A DNA stretch of 64,000 nucleotides from Oligoflexales bacterium (GCA_044360315.1 JBIKKO010000003.1:1301-65300), one strand, 5' to 3'; shown: positions 1-10,038, counted from the first letter of the stretch. Numbers and translations are program-made. The notes: generated by a model not told the origin, from the sequence alone.

Positions 1-935
1 TCATTGTGGAAAAACTTACACATGCGCCCGGATAAGCCGGCCACGCCGCGAATGAAGCCACTCCAGGAATCATCTGACGTAACTTCATGAACCACCCATC
101 TGCTGTCAAAATTCAATCCATCTGGCGTGGTGCATTCCTCGCGAGTTTCGCAGTCACGACTCATCCAGCCAGGTAGTGGTAATGGGAACACAAGCTCTGC
201 TGGAAAAAAGTAAACGAATTTCTTATCTATCGCCTCAACGGGTCCCTCTGAATCACAGCTATTTTGGTTAAAGGTCGCGCTTCGGTATTCGTAGACCCCG
301 GATAACGTATCCTCCGGTTTATTTGGAATATCCATGGGCGGTGGAGTCGTGCCGTTGCCGGCGCTAGCGATACGACGGTTGACAACAGTTGGTCGACCAT
401 CTTCATCTAGGGGGCCGTCAGACTCATTGATAGTAGGATCGGAGGCTAAGTGGATGCCAAGAAACAACAGATTTTTTTCTGTGTCGATTTCGTAAAGGTT
501 TTTCATGGTGTCTCCCGACTTTAGATCGATTTGCAGCGATTTGCAAACCAGGCCAGTGACATCCTTCGGTTTCCCGAGCGTCCAGTCCGAGGCGCCACAT
601 TCATTATCTTGATTGGCTGACTCAACATCCGCCGAAGTCAGGAGCGTTAAAAAAAATTTTTGAATCGTAATATCTAGTTTTTTATTGTCGATCGTTTCAT
701 AGGTGCATGTAAAGGAGAGCGATTGACCTCTATTTCCTAACTGACTTGAGACCAGAAGCTCGCTTTGTACGCTGCAGGATTTGTCTGGTTTGAATTCATG
801 TTGGGAGCGCATCTTTGCGATCCCTTGGTGAATTGGTATCAAGGCGGTTTTCCAAGTCCCAATCAGCCTAGGATCAGGTTCAGCTCCATAGCTAATCGAA
901 CTAAGTGCAAGGGATGTCGCAAGAATTAATTTCAT
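1..935 (-). CDS. hypothetical secreted protein (C-terminal part runs off the window edge)
   Basis: Complement ATG at 935-933. Hand translation MKLILATSLALSSISYGAEPDPRLIGTWKTA... has a signal-peptide-like N-terminus. No reverse-strand stop in this frame in the stretches I checked (1-180, 840-935). It is absent from the ORF track, presumably because there is no stop inside the window. It lies 24 nt downstream of the beta-propeller gene on the same strand. Confidence 0.5.
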   Translation of the reverse strand, partial: MKLILATSLALSSISYGAEPDPRLIGTWKTALIPIHQGIAKMRSQHEFKPDKSCSVQSELLVSSQLGNRGQSLSFTCTYETIDNKKLDITIQKFFLTLLTSADVESANQDNECGASDWTLGKPKDVTGLVCKSLQIDLKSGDTMKNLYEIDTEKNLLFLGIHLASDPTINESDGPLDEDGRPTVVNRRIASAGNGTTPPPMDIPNKPEDTLSGVYEYRSATFNQNSCDSEGPVEAIDKKFVYFFPAELVFPLPLPGWMSRDCETREECTTPDGLNFDSRWVVHEVTSDDSWSGFIRGVAGLSGRMCKFFHN

Positions 936-959
936 GAATCGTGCTCCTGAAGGAATTGA

Positions 960-2039
960 TTATTGACCATGTAAAACTTTTTTGTAGTTCCAAATACTGA
1001 CTTCCGGTGTAAAGCCAGCCGGTATGTTGATGTATGTCCCCGCGATTGCGTAATGACCTGGTTCAGTCAGTGGAGTAAAATGCGTGACAAAACCAAACTG
1101 CAGAGCAAGGCCTTTGGCTTTGGGCTGCCACGTCGCAGTATCCCAAACGATCACTTGACCACTCATGTCTGTTGTTATCAGTTCGGTCATATCGGGCGTG
1201 AGTGTAGCAGACTTAAAGGGGCGTCCTGTGTCACTGTTAATGAGTTTACCGATCTGCTGACCGTTGCTTAGATCAAAGATGAGAACTTTGTCCCCAGAAC
1301 AGCCAACGGCTTGGCCAAGATCGTTTGAAAAGCCCAAAAACTCAAACCAAAAAGCATCGGACGTGGATTCGCCCGCTTTGATAATGACGCGTTCTTGCTT
1401 GGGATCTTGAATATTCCAAAGTGCAAGGGTTTTTCCATCCCCCGCTAGCACGCGGTCGTCACTTCTAAAACGAACCGTTATGATGGGCCAGTCATACACA
1501 CCGAGCACTTCCGACTCCTGGGTCAAGAGGTTCCAACGAAGAAGTCGTCCCATATCATCACCTGTGACTGCAAAAATACCATCACTGGCCAAATCAATGG
1601 ATGTGATCGTGGAAGACTGTGGAGTTTGCCAGCAGCTGATAACGGCGGCTGTGTCTGTGTTGACTGTACAAAGTGAGGCGCTTTTAAGAGCGACCACAAT
1701 GAGTTTGCCGGTCCCGCTAATGGACATTGCCGTAACCGGGTCGGGAACTCGTCCGTCTTTTTTAAAGTGGTGTTGCCACACGAGTGTGCCATCTTTGGCG
1801 GATGATTTGGCGATTGTTCCGCCTTGGTCTCCCGAGTAAATGAGGTGTTCCTTCACTACCAGAGAAGCCAATTGAGCACGGTGCACCGAAAGTTTGGCGA
1901 TTCGATCAAAAACAAACTCGGCGTCCTCTTGGGCAGTCGCTGGGCGGATCGTGAAACAAATTGTACATAGTAGTCCCAATGAGATGGAGTTTCGGAGATC
2001 GAGGTTACGGATTGCGGAAAGGAGTTGTTTCAAAGGCAA
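960..2039 (-). CDS. secreted beta-propeller (WD40/PQQ-like repeat) protein
   Basis: 359-aa ORF with a hydrophobic N-terminal segment (LGLLCTICFTIRPATAQE). Blade-end motifs recur every ~40-50 aa (LVWQHHF, LLRWNLL, LALWNI, VIVWDT, VSIWNY). Confidence 0.55.
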   Translation of the reverse strand: MPLKQLLSAIRNLDLRNSISLGLLCTICFTIRPATAQEDAEFVFDRIAKLSVHRAQLASLVVKEHLIYSGDQGGTIAKSSAKDGTLVWQHHFKKDGRVPDPVTAMSISGTGKLIVVALKSASLCTVNTDTAAVISCWQTPQSSTITSIDLASDGIFAVTGDDMGRLLRWNLLTQESEVLGVYDWPIITVRFRSDDRVLAGDGKTLALWNIQDPKQERVIIKAGESTSDAFWFEFLGFSNDLGQAVGCSGDKVLIFDLSNGQQIGKLINSDTGRPFKSATLTPDMTELITTDMSGQVIVWDTATWQPKAKGLALQFGFVTHFTPLTEPGHYAIAGTYINIPAGFTPEVSIWNYKKVLHGQ

Positions 2040-2236
2040 GGTCCTTTATTGTATGTGGTGACGTCATTATGCGGTCGCGCCGCATGCATAAAACTGAAAG
2101 TCTCAGCTTTGGTCAATTCAATTTTTATACGCAAAGTCAAATCCTGTGCTATTTGACGAAAATCATAGGACATATTAGTTGTTCTCAAAGCTGCCTAATG
2201 ACGAACCCATGAAATGCCGATTCCTTCTCACGGGAG

Positions 2237-2440
2237 CTAGGCTATGAATAATAATGTTATGGGTGTTGTGGTGGCATTAAGCGTTCTCACCTGTAGCCGC
2301 GTTGAGACAACGTCCTCTGCGACCAAAGCACAGATAGCCATGACGATAATATCGATCAGTTTGTGAAGCTTTGTTCTATCAACGCGATAATCCTCAACGT
2401 TTTCAAAGCATTTGATGAGCGAAAGGCCAGTTCCATCCAT
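2237..2440 (-). mobile_element. ISAs1-family (H-repeat type) transposase remnant, N-terminal ~40 aa only
   Basis: LIKCFENVEDYRVDRTKLHKLIDIIVMAICALVA resembles, from memory, the N-terminal region of ISAs1/H-rpt transposases (E. coli YhhI ...[29 protein letters not shown]...). Similarity fades after about aa 43, the ORF stops at aa 67, and no DDE core follows. Confidence 0.6.
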
Positions 2441-2526
2441 GGAGATACATCCCCCAAATTAATTTTTGGGGACATTTTACCCGACATAACTATATGAAAT
2501 CATTATGTTTTAGATGCGGTGCCCTG

Positions 2527-4335
2527 TTAAACAACCGGCGCAGCATTGATTGTATTCCTAACCTTGGATAGCTTGGTTAGTTGATCATAACGACCTTGTT
2601 TTGCGGTCAATTCTTCAGGGGTTCCATGTTCAATGACTTGTCCGTGCTCTAGTACAAGAACTTGATGGCAGCGTTTGATGGTCTCTAACCGGTGTGCGAT
2701 GACAATCACCGTTCGACCCGCAAGCAATTTTTGCGTTGCCTCCTGAATAAGACTTTCCGATTGGGGATCAATACTACTGGTGGCCTCGTCAAGAATTAAA
2801 ACAGGTGGTTTACCAAGGAGAGCACGAGCAAATACGATGAGCTGTTTTTGGCCGTGACTAAGGTTATCGCCATGTTCCCGAACGATATAATGATACTGGC
2901 CCGGCAGCTGTTCGATGAATTGATCTGCGCCAACAGTTCGGCAAGCCTCTTTAATGTCCCGCTCTGTGACGTGAGGTTTGCCAAGGCCGATGTTAAACAA
3001 TATAGAACCTTCAAAAAGTACGATGTCTTGGGGGACGATCCCGATTTGGGCACGAACATCCTCCGGATTTAGGGGGCTGATGGACTCATGGTTGACCAAA
3101 ATCCGGCCACTGTATCCATAGTATAATTTGCTAATTAGCTTGACGATGGTTGATTTGCCACTACCGGTTGATCCAATAATGGCGAGTGATGTGCCGGGAT
3201 TTATGGTGAAGCTAACGCTTCTTAAAACATCGCTGCCGGTACTGTGATAGCGGAAGGACACGTCGTCAAATTGGATCGATACCGCGCTAGGCCATGACAC
3301 ACCTTGATCTCCTGGAACGATGTCTCTACGGTCCAAGAGTCCGAAGATGCGCTGGATCGAGGTGAATGCCCCCTGAAGCATGGCCATCTTCGTGCCGAGC
3401 ATTTTTAATGGCTCAAACAGTTGTTGGACATATTGAACGAAAGCGACCATGGTTCCCGCTGTGAGTGTGGCCTCTAGTGTTGTTCCTGCGACGAGTCCCG
3501 TGCTCTTAATTGTCATAAACAGGACGATTCCAAGCGTGATCGATGCAATGCCATCAATGGTAGAGAACATTAGGGCGTCGTAATAGACGTTTTCAAGTTG
3601 TGCGTCTCTGTATTGTCTATTGAGCCTCGCAAAACGCCGTGAAACTCCATACTCGGCATTGAGCAGCTTCACAGCACTGAGGCTTGTGAGTGCCTCCTGA
3701 GCAAAGCCGTTCAGAGCGGCGAGATTTTTACGGGAAACTAGCATGGATGTGTTGAGCTTTTTGGAGAACCAAATCACAATCCAGGTGATGATGGGAAGTA
3801 TGACGACGGCGATAATTGCCAGCTGTGGCGATAAAACAAACATTCCCACCACGCACCCCACCAACACCATAAGATCGATGACACTCGAGAGGACACCTTG
3901 ATTGAGAGACTCGCTTAGAGTGTCGAAGTCACTTGTCGCGCGGGTGGCTAAAGCTCCGCTAATCTGATGATCATGCCAGGCTGGGGACAGATTTAGAACG
4001 TGTCCCACGAGGGTGGTGCGAAGGTCTCGAATCATTTTATGGACCGCGGTGGCCGTCGTTAGGGATTGTATTCCGGCAAAAACATAGTGGGCGAGAGATA
4101 GCAGAAGACCTGCTAAAGCCCATCCGATGGTAATCCGGATGTCGCCTTTCAAAATTCCCTCATCGATAGCCCTCTGGATTGCGATGGGTTGAATCATCGC
4201 AATCACGCCAACAATCGGCATGACGGAAGCTCCGATAAAGACAAGCCTGCGGTTGGGTCTAAGCCACGGCCATAATTTAATCAAGGAGCGAAATGATAGG
4301 GCGCCATATGCTTTATCTTCAGCGGGCTGAGTCAT
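2527..4335 (-). CDS. ABC exporter, fused permease/ATP-binding subunit (half-transporter B)
   Basis: 602 aa with a 6-TM N-terminal half. Walker A GSTGSGKST, signature LSHGQKQ, Walker B VLILDEATS. ATGA start/stop overlap with the upstream partner gene. Confidence 0.9.
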   Translation of the reverse strand: MTQPAEDKAYGALSFRSLIKLWPWLRPNRRLVFIGASVMPIVGVIAMIQPIAIQRAIDEGILKGDIRITIGWALAGLLLSLAHYVFAGIQSLTTATAVHKMIRDLRTTLVGHVLNLSPAWHDHQISGALATRATSDFDTLSESLNQGVLSSVIDLMVLVGCVVGMFVLSPQLAIIAVVILPIITWIVIWFSKKLNTSMLVSRKNLAALNGFAQEALTSLSAVKLLNAEYGVSRRFARLNRQYRDAQLENVYYDALMFSTIDGIASITLGIVLFMTIKSTGLVAGTTLEATLTAGTMVAFVQYVQQLFEPLKMLGTKMAMLQGAFTSIQRIFGLLDRRDIVPGDQGVSWPSAVSIQFDDVSFRYHSTGSDVLRSVSFTINPGTSLAIIGSTGSGKSTIVKLISKLYYGYSGRILVNHESISPLNPEDVRAQIGIVPQDIVLFEGSILFNIGLGKPHVTERDIKEACRTVGADQFIEQLPGQYHYIVREHGDNLSHGQKQLIVFARALLGKPPVLILDEATSSIDPQSESLIQEATQKLLAGRTVIVIAHRLETIKRCHQVLVLEHGQVIEHGTPEELTAKQGRYDQLTKLSKVRNTINAAPVV

Positions 4336-6116
4336 GATCGTACCTCGATAGTCGATGGCTCTCCGAATTGGTCGGTAAGTCTTGGTAGGTGCTCTTTCTC
4401 GTCACGAGTTATCGTGTCAATGAGATCGCGCACCTCAGGGAAGGTGCCGAACTTGGCAATACGACCTTCTTTAAAAATGAGGATTTTGTCACAGGGTTCT
4501 AGGATACTGACACGGTGAGATGCGATCAGTAGGGCCGATTTTGTGGTGAGTAGGGACTCTATCAGGCGATGCTCGGTATCGTGATCCACAGCTGAAAGAA
4601 CATCATCAAGAATAATCAAATCAGCGGGTCTAAGAAGTAGCCGCGCTAAAGCTAGGCGTTGTTTTTGTCCTCCTGAAAGTTTGATTCCTCTTTCTCCAAT
4701 CAGTGTGTCCCAAGTGTCAGGCATGCGCATGATGTCGTCATAAACTTGAGCCTGCTTGGTCACCCGTGTGAGTGTTTCTGTTGAGATGTTTTGATCGTCC
4801 ATCCCAAGGCATAAATTAGTTCGGATGCTTTCGCTGAATAAGAGAGGTTGTTGTTGACCGTATGCAATCATCTGTCGTACAGCAGCGGGAGATAAATCTT
4901 TGGTGTTTTGACCGAATAAATAGACATCCCCAGAGGTTTGGGGTGCGAGACGAGTGATGATGTTGAATAGGGTGGATTTTCCTGATCCGATACTGCCGAA
5001 AATTCCAACGCGTTGTCCCGCATTGATTGAGAAATTGATGTTTTCAAGACAGATTCTGCCATCAGGCCAGTTAAATGAAAGATTTTGAACCAACAATAAT
5101 TGTCGGTTGACCTTGATCTCAGCGGTTGAGTGTTCAGCCGTTGTAACCTGTTCATTTTCAGTGGGTAGACCCGATAAATCCTCGAGCCGCTCTGCAGCCG
5201 GTTTTGCGCGCTGATAAACATTTAAAATGATCCCCAAGCTTGCAAAAGGAAACGTTAGCATGCCGATATAAATATTGAAGGCCATGATGTCACCTACAGT
5301 GAGCTTCTGCGCAATGATCTGCTGTCCCCCCCAGGCGAGTGTCATGAATTGGCTTATACCGATTAAGATAATCATCACCGGCCAAATGAGTGTTCTAATC
5401 CAAACTGTGCGAAGATTTGCGCTATAGATGGCTTCGTTTTCTGGCAGAACACGCGTCAGCATGGCCTTCTGTGCGTTCATCATTTGAATGATGTGAGTTT
5501 GTGCAAATGTTTCAGATATTTTACCTGTCAGGCGACCTGTGGCTTCGGTGCTGTCGCGCATGGCTTTGTAAAGTTTGGGCATCATCATTTTCGTAAGTAG
5601 CAGCATGGGCAGCATGGGCGAGATGGCTAAGGTGGTCAGAATGGGATCAATGCTAGCCATCTTTGTGACGGTAAATAAAGATATAAAAATCACATTGAGC
5701 ACTTGGAGCGCACCGAAGGCGAAAAATATTCGGAGTTGAGTCACATCGTTATTTAGCCGAGATGTTAGATCGCCAATGGAAAATGGCACGAGCATGGTCA
5801 TCGGTGCGCGAAGTACATGGCTAAATGTGTCATCTTTGATTGCAGCCTCGAGGGTGCGGCCTGGCCAAAAGATCAACATCCGCGAGGCCGTGCGAATCAA
5901 AACCTGCATAAGACCAAGAGTAATAATGGCAAAGGTAATGGTTGAGTAGGGCGTCAGATCTTGCCCGGCAGCAAGAGCGTTGATGATTTGCTTGGCGAGC
6001 TGTGGGATTTCCAGGACGATTATATTTGTCACAATCAAAGCGACAATCCCGCTTAAATACCATCGCCATTGAGGAGCAGCGTAGCGATATCCAAGACGCC
6101 TCAAGGGATTTTTCAT
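4332..6116 (-). CDS. ABC exporter, fused permease/ATP-binding subunit (half-transporter A)
   Basis: 594 aa with a TM-rich N-terminal half. Walker A GSIGSGKST, signature LSGGQKQRLALARL, Walker B LIILDDVLSAVD. It overlaps both neighbours by 4 nt. Confidence 0.9.
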   Translation of the reverse strand: MKNPLRRLGYRYAAPQWRWYLSGIVALIVTNIIVLEIPQLAKQIINALAAGQDLTPYSTITFAIITLGLMQVLIRTASRMLIFWPGRTLEAAIKDDTFSHVLRAPMTMLVPFSIGDLTSRLNNDVTQLRIFFAFGALQVLNVIFISLFTVTKMASIDPILTTLAISPMLPMLLLTKMMMPKLYKAMRDSTEATGRLTGKISETFAQTHIIQMMNAQKAMLTRVLPENEAIYSANLRTVWIRTLIWPVMIILIGISQFMTLAWGGQQIIAQKLTVGDIMAFNIYIGMLTFPFASLGIILNVYQRAKPAAERLEDLSGLPTENEQVTTAEHSTAEIKVNRQLLLVQNLSFNWPDGRICLENINFSINAGQRVGIFGSIGSGKSTLFNIITRLAPQTSGDVYLFGQNTKDLSPAAVRQMIAYGQQQPLLFSESIRTNLCLGMDDQNISTETLTRVTKQAQVYDDIMRMPDTWDTLIGERGIKLSGGQKQRLALARLLLRPADLIILDDVLSAVDHDTEHRLIESLLTTKSALLIASHRVSILEPCDKILIFKEGRIAKFGTFPEVRDLIDTITRDEKEHLPRLTDQFGEPSTIEVRS

Positions 6117-6835
6117 CGCGCAACACCAAAGAAGCGACGTTCAATCAAATCGGCCCGCTCTGTTAAAGATGCCTCCGTCCACTCGCTTAGTTCTTCAAGT
6201 TTCCCACCCTCAAGGAGAATAGCCCTGGGACAAATCTGCGCAGCGAGAAGCGGGGTGTGGATACTCACTAACGTGGTTTTCCCCCTGCGTGCGCGATCAT
6301 GGATTGCAACGGCAAGGGTGCGGCTATTGGTAATGTCTAGAGCGTTAAAAGGCTCGTCGAGGATCAATAACTCGGGATCATGAATGAGGGACACTGCAAG
6401 GCCGATCCGACGCTGCATTCCGTGACTAGACTTTGCTAATGGTCTATGACGCCAGCTGTGCGCGTCCCAGCGTTTTAGTTCATGTTCTACTAACTGTTTG
6501 GGCTCGTGTAAGTTTAACAGTCGGGCTTCGTAGGTTAAAATCTCTTCAGGCGTGGTCCATGGTGGTAAGGATGACTCTTGTGGCAAATATCCAACGTGCT
6601 TTCGCAATGCGGTAGCATCGGGACTCATCTTCTGACCGAGTATTTTAAGTTCCCCGTCCTCGCGATCGATGGCGCCCGTGAGTAATTGAAACAGCGTGCT
6701 CTTGCCTGCGCCGTTCTTCCCGAAGACGGCAACGGTCTCGCCAGGGTTAACGCAGAGATTTAATGGACCGAGCGTAAAGCCTGTTGTCCAGGATCGCTTC
6801 AGTTGTGTTGCTTCAATGGTTTGCTGCGCGTGCAA
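6113..6835 (-). CDS. ABC transporter ATP-binding protein (stand-alone NBD)
   Basis: 240 aa. Walker A GKNGAGKSTLF, degenerate signature SSHGMQRR, Walker B LLILDEPFNALD. Confidence 0.85.
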   Translation of the reverse strand: MHAQQTIEATQLKRSWTTGFTLGPLNLCVNPGETVAVFGKNGAGKSTLFQLLTGAIDREDGELKILGQKMSPDATALRKHVGYLPQESSLPPWTTPEEILTYEARLLNLHEPKQLVEHELKRWDAHSWRHRPLAKSSHGMQRRIGLAVSLIHDPELLILDEPFNALDITNSRTLAVAIHDRARRGKTTLVSIHTPLLAAQICPRAILLEGGKLEELSEWTEASLTERADLIERRFFGVAR

Positions 6836-8000
6836 ATCGTCCTCCTTGGTAGCGGTGAGCTTCGCGAAAAATGAGATAAATCAAAGGAGCTGCCACAGGA
6901 GCTGCAATGACCGCCGAACCAATAAAAACACAGATCAAAGTAACCATAACCATATTGGTAAATGGCTTTCTTCCGTCAATTTGCATGACAAACGCTGGGG
7001 CTAGCCAGACGGGGAACGCCGTCAAAAATCCGTTGATCATGATCGAGGAAGCCTGATGCAGTGTCGGTAGTGAGGCCTCCTGTGCGGCCATTAGGCTCAC
7101 GCTAAATCCATAAGTTATGAGGGTTAGTAGAAAGACTTTGGTCGCCCACCGAGTAAAGATGCGCTGCCACGAATGAATCCACGCATCATGTGAGATGGCG
7201 GCTTGGCGTTCGATCCAGGAGGTCTTCAGATCGTCATCGATCAGTAATGGAACAGCCCAAGCAAGGAGAACGCCAGATACGAGGGATGTTAAATAAGTGA
7301 GTTCGAGAGGTTGGCCTCGTAAAAGGGAGAACACACCAATCGGTAAAGGGATAATTGCGATCCAGGGTAAAGCGAAACCAGGCCAGTGACGTTGGGCCAA
7401 GCGCCGTTGCCGCCAGGCAAGCAGTGGAGGCACGCTGTCGTTCATGGCAAAAGACGCTGTTTCGTGTGAGGCGTCCCGATTGGGTTTCAGCGGTCGTAGG
7501 CTGAATGTAATCGCAACGATTGAGGCAAGTCCCGCCATGAGATATTGTGCCAGGGTCAGTGGTGTGATGGTAACGTAAATCACCAAGACAGCTCCCGCCA
7601 TGAACACCGTATTCATGGTGACAGAGAGTGCCCATCGATTTGCTGTGATCGTCTGAGAATCAACACCAAAAAGATGGAGTTGATCAAGCCAGTGATGGGG
7701 CTCATTGAGTTTACGCCGGGTGTAGTGGCCGATGGATAATCCTGAGCAAATGATTGCGATTGTCGTTAGATGTCTAAGTCCTTGTGCCGCAGCCTCAGGA
7801 TTTACCTGTGGCAGTTTGTCGCGAAAAAAATCTCCAAAAATATAAATAAATAAGCCAAGCACGACCATCGTTGCGGCCGACGTTGTGGCTAGGCTTCCTG
7901 CTGAGGCTTTAAAGCGCCTCCATTGCTGGCGTACGACCGGTAAAAGGACGTCGTAATAAAAACGAATCTTAAGACGAGGGTCTCTGGGGTTTGGCAACAT
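6813..8000 (-). CDS. polytopic membrane protein, probable permease partner of the 6113-6835 ATPase
   Basis: The ORF track gives 6813..8090, but that start overlaps the upstream gene by 74 nt. The ATG at 8000 (MLPNPRDPRLKIRF...) lies 16 nt after the upstream stop. About 10 hydrophobic helices, and a 23-nt overlap with the ATPase gene. No family recognised. Confidence 0.6.
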   Translation of the reverse strand: MLPNPRDPRLKIRFYYDVLLPVVRQQWRRFKASAGSLATTSAATMVVLGLFIYIFGDFFRDKLPQVNPEAAAQGLRHLTTIAIICSGLSIGHYTRRKLNEPHHWLDQLHLFGVDSQTITANRWALSVTMNTVFMAGAVLVIYVTITPLTLAQYLMAGLASIVAITFSLRPLKPNRDASHETASFAMNDSVPPLLAWRQRRLAQRHWPGFALPWIAIIPLPIGVFSLLRGQPLELTYLTSLVSGVLLAWAVPLLIDDDLKTSWIERQAAISHDAWIHSWQRIFTRWATKVFLLTLITYGFSVSLMAAQEASLPTLHQASSIMINGFLTAFPVWLAPAFVMQIDGRKPFTNMVMVTLICVFIGSAVIAAPVAAPLIYLIFREAHRYQGGRFARAANH

Positions 8001-8016
8001 GTCAGCCCTCCTTGAT

Positions 8017-8850
8017 CTATGCACCTGGGTTCCAGCGCAATGTAAGCTCGGCTCCCAAGCGCTCGGAAAGTGTTTCTGAACGAAGATCATGCAAGATGCT
8101 GGTTGTTATCGTCCACTGTGTTAACAGCGTCCATGCCAAGTTGAGTCGCGCCGTTCGCTGGAGTGTCCACTGCTCAACCGCTGCACCATTGTGCCAGTGC
8201 TGCCACTCCTGCTCAGCACCCACTGTAAACGTTATCATCCTAGACTTCAATCCGACATAGGCATGCCTTGGTGCCACGACATTGATGATCAATCCATCAA
8301 CGCCGATCCGCTGCCATGACAACTCCGGGATCATGAGAGGTCTTTGATGAGTGCGATGAATCACGTGTAATCCGATCCAGGAGCTGAGCTCATCGGAGGG
8401 GCGAAGTTTTAACCACGGGTAGCGTTTGGACAGGTTTCCTATGATACGGGTATGGGTGCTTGGCCGATGGGTGAACCCTCCGAGGCGCACCATATCAAAA
8501 CGCCAGGCAGGCTCTCCTTCGGCGGCGTGGTGCATTAACCCACCTCCATATCGCTCGTCCCTTAGGGTTTCGCTTCCGCCGATTTGCGCATGATCTCTGT
8601 AACGAACCGTTAAAAAGGGCATGCCAACAACCGCAGAGATCGGTACGGGGATGTCTGCATCAAAGAGTCTTTCTCGACTTTCCGTTTGAGTCGATGCGCC
8701 TCGTGGGCGTTCCTTCCACCAGCGGGCACCTACCGCTGGGCCTGCGAGCGGTTCAACGGCGTTGACCGATGAGTGGCCGAGCCAACAAGCAACCACAATA
8801 ATCGTAGTCAGCAATGATTCCCAGTGATGCGAAGTGTGTCGAAAGTTCAT
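8017..8850 (-). CDS. hypothetical secreted protein, possibly outer-membrane associated
   Basis: The ORF track starts at TTG 8886. The ATG at 8850 gives MNFRHTSHHWESLLTTIIVVACWLGHSSVNA|VEP, a plausible signal peptide. It is the first gene of the minus-strand ABC operon. No family recognised. Confidence 0.5.
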   Translation of the reverse strand: MNFRHTSHHWESLLTTIIVVACWLGHSSVNAVEPLAGPAVGARWWKERPRGASTQTESRERLFDADIPVPISAVVGMPFLTVRYRDHAQIGGSETLRDERYGGGLMHHAAEGEPAWRFDMVRLGGFTHRPSTHTRIIGNLSKRYPWLKLRPSDELSSWIGLHVIHRTHQRPLMIPELSWQRIGVDGLIINVVAPRHAYVGLKSRMITFTVGAEQEWQHWHNGAAVEQWTLQRTARLNLAWTLLTQWTITTSILHDLRSETLSERLGAELTLRWNPGA

Positions 8851-8915
8851 AGGGAAACATGCTACATTGCGACGGGAAATAATCAATCAACTTCCTATGA
8901 TAGGGGATCAATCAT

Positions 8916-9296
8916 AGGAAAAAAATTACAGTAATCTTAAACGGCTGTGGCCATCGTGATGGTTCGGAGGTGCATGAAGCTGTTTTGACGATGTTCGGCA
9001 TTGAAGAGGCGGGAGGCACTTGGGACGCCTTAAGTTTGAATAGGCCCCAGACTCGGGTGATCAATCATCTGGATGGGGTTGTTGACACCAATGAGACGCA
9101 GCGAAACATGATGAAAGAGTCGGCAAGGATTGCCGGGGTGATGGGCGCAAATGTAGTCGCTTGCGGCGCAGGCAACTGCATCGTGGATTCACACCTTAAA
9201 TGCGTTAGTACGCCTGCTTACATGTTAGACGCAACCCTAAAAGATATTGCCAAAGGCATTGCCAAACTGGCCGAGGAGGTCGTTAGGCTTGGCTAA
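8916..9296 (+). pseudogene. elbB: elbB (DJ-1/PfpI-family, isoprenoid biosynthesis glyoxalase ElbB) with lost start codon and internal deletion
   Basis: The frame upstream of the ORF-track start reads RKKITVILNGCGHRDGSEVHEAVLTMF..., versus E. coli ElbB MKKIGVILSGCGVYDGSEIHEAVLTLL (from memory), with AGG where ATG is expected. After ...ESARIA the sequence jumps to the ElbB C-terminus (MGANVVACGAGNCIVDSHLKCVSTPAYM...). About 90 aa including the nucleophile-elbow Cys region are missing, leaving ~125 aa versus ~217. Confidence 0.7.
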
Positions 9297-9420
9297 TTTA
9301 TCTCATCAAATGGCATCATTTTTTTAAGGATAGCTTTGTGGTGATTCGGTCATCTCCAACTTAACATCGATCATTGTTAGGTATGTTGTTTTGAACAAAT
9401 CAAATTCAAGGAGATCTGAA

Positions 9421-9822
9421 ATGGTAAAGACATCTTTATGTGCAATGGGTTTATTGTTGGCCAGTGGAATGTCGTATGCCGCAGTGCCTGATTATGCAGG
9501 TTGTACCGAGTCTGACTACGTAACGATCGATCAGCCCGAAATCACAATCGAGTTTCAAGGTTCTAGCTATAAGCCTGCTTGCATCAAAGTAAAGAAAGGC
9601 ACAAAAGTGATTATTCCAGCAAGCAATAGACACCCGCTCCAAGCGGCCCAGGATTTTGACGGCGTCGTCAACCCTTTGAGGTTAGAAGGTGCTGATCATC
9701 GAGAGAACCAAACTCTGATCGCGGAAATGTCTGGGTTTTACGGTTACTACTGTACGCGCCACGCAGATTCTCATGATGGAAGCGGGATGGGTGGAATGAT
9801 CTGGGTAACCGATGGTTATTGA
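9421..9822 (+). CDS. cupredoxin (plastocyanin/azurin-family type-1 copper protein), secreted
   Basis: AAGGAG at 9408-9413 precedes ATG 9421. Signal peptide MVKTSLCAMGLLLASGMSYA. C-terminal copper-ligand pattern YYCTRH....GMGGMIWV, plus an upstream His (NRHPL). Confidence 0.75.
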   Translation: MVKTSLCAMGLLLASGMSYAAVPDYAGCTESDYVTIDQPEITIEFQGSSYKPACIKVKKGTKVIIPASNRHPLQAAQDFDGVVNPLRLEGADHRENQTLIAEMSGFYGYYCTRHADSHDGSGMGGMIWVTDGY

Positions 9823-9933
9823 TAGATCATTATGCCTTCGATCACGCGGTTTTCATGGTTGTGTGAAAATCTCGTTTCGAGTTGAAACTCGGTGTGGTCT
9901 GCTCGTGGTTTAACAGCAGGCACGCTTTTTCAA

Positions 9934-9963
9934 GGGCCGCCTCGTTCGAGGTGGCCTTTTTTT
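9934..9963 (+). terminator. rho-independent terminator after the cupredoxin gene
   Basis: GGGCCGCCTC-gttc-GAGGTGGCC stem (one G:U pair) followed by T7 (9957-9963). Confidence 0.7.
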
Positions 9964-10038
9964 GCCCAGAGAAAGGAGATCGCCGCAGATTGGAATGTAT
10001 TGTATAAAGATGGGACAAAGATTAATGATCATGTTAAT

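Noticed and set aside
9892-10038. The first 49 codons of the ORF-track call for the regulator.
   Set aside because: This stretch contains the rho-independent terminator of the cupredoxin gene (9934-9963) and begins with a non-ATG start. ATG 10039 is the more plausible start.
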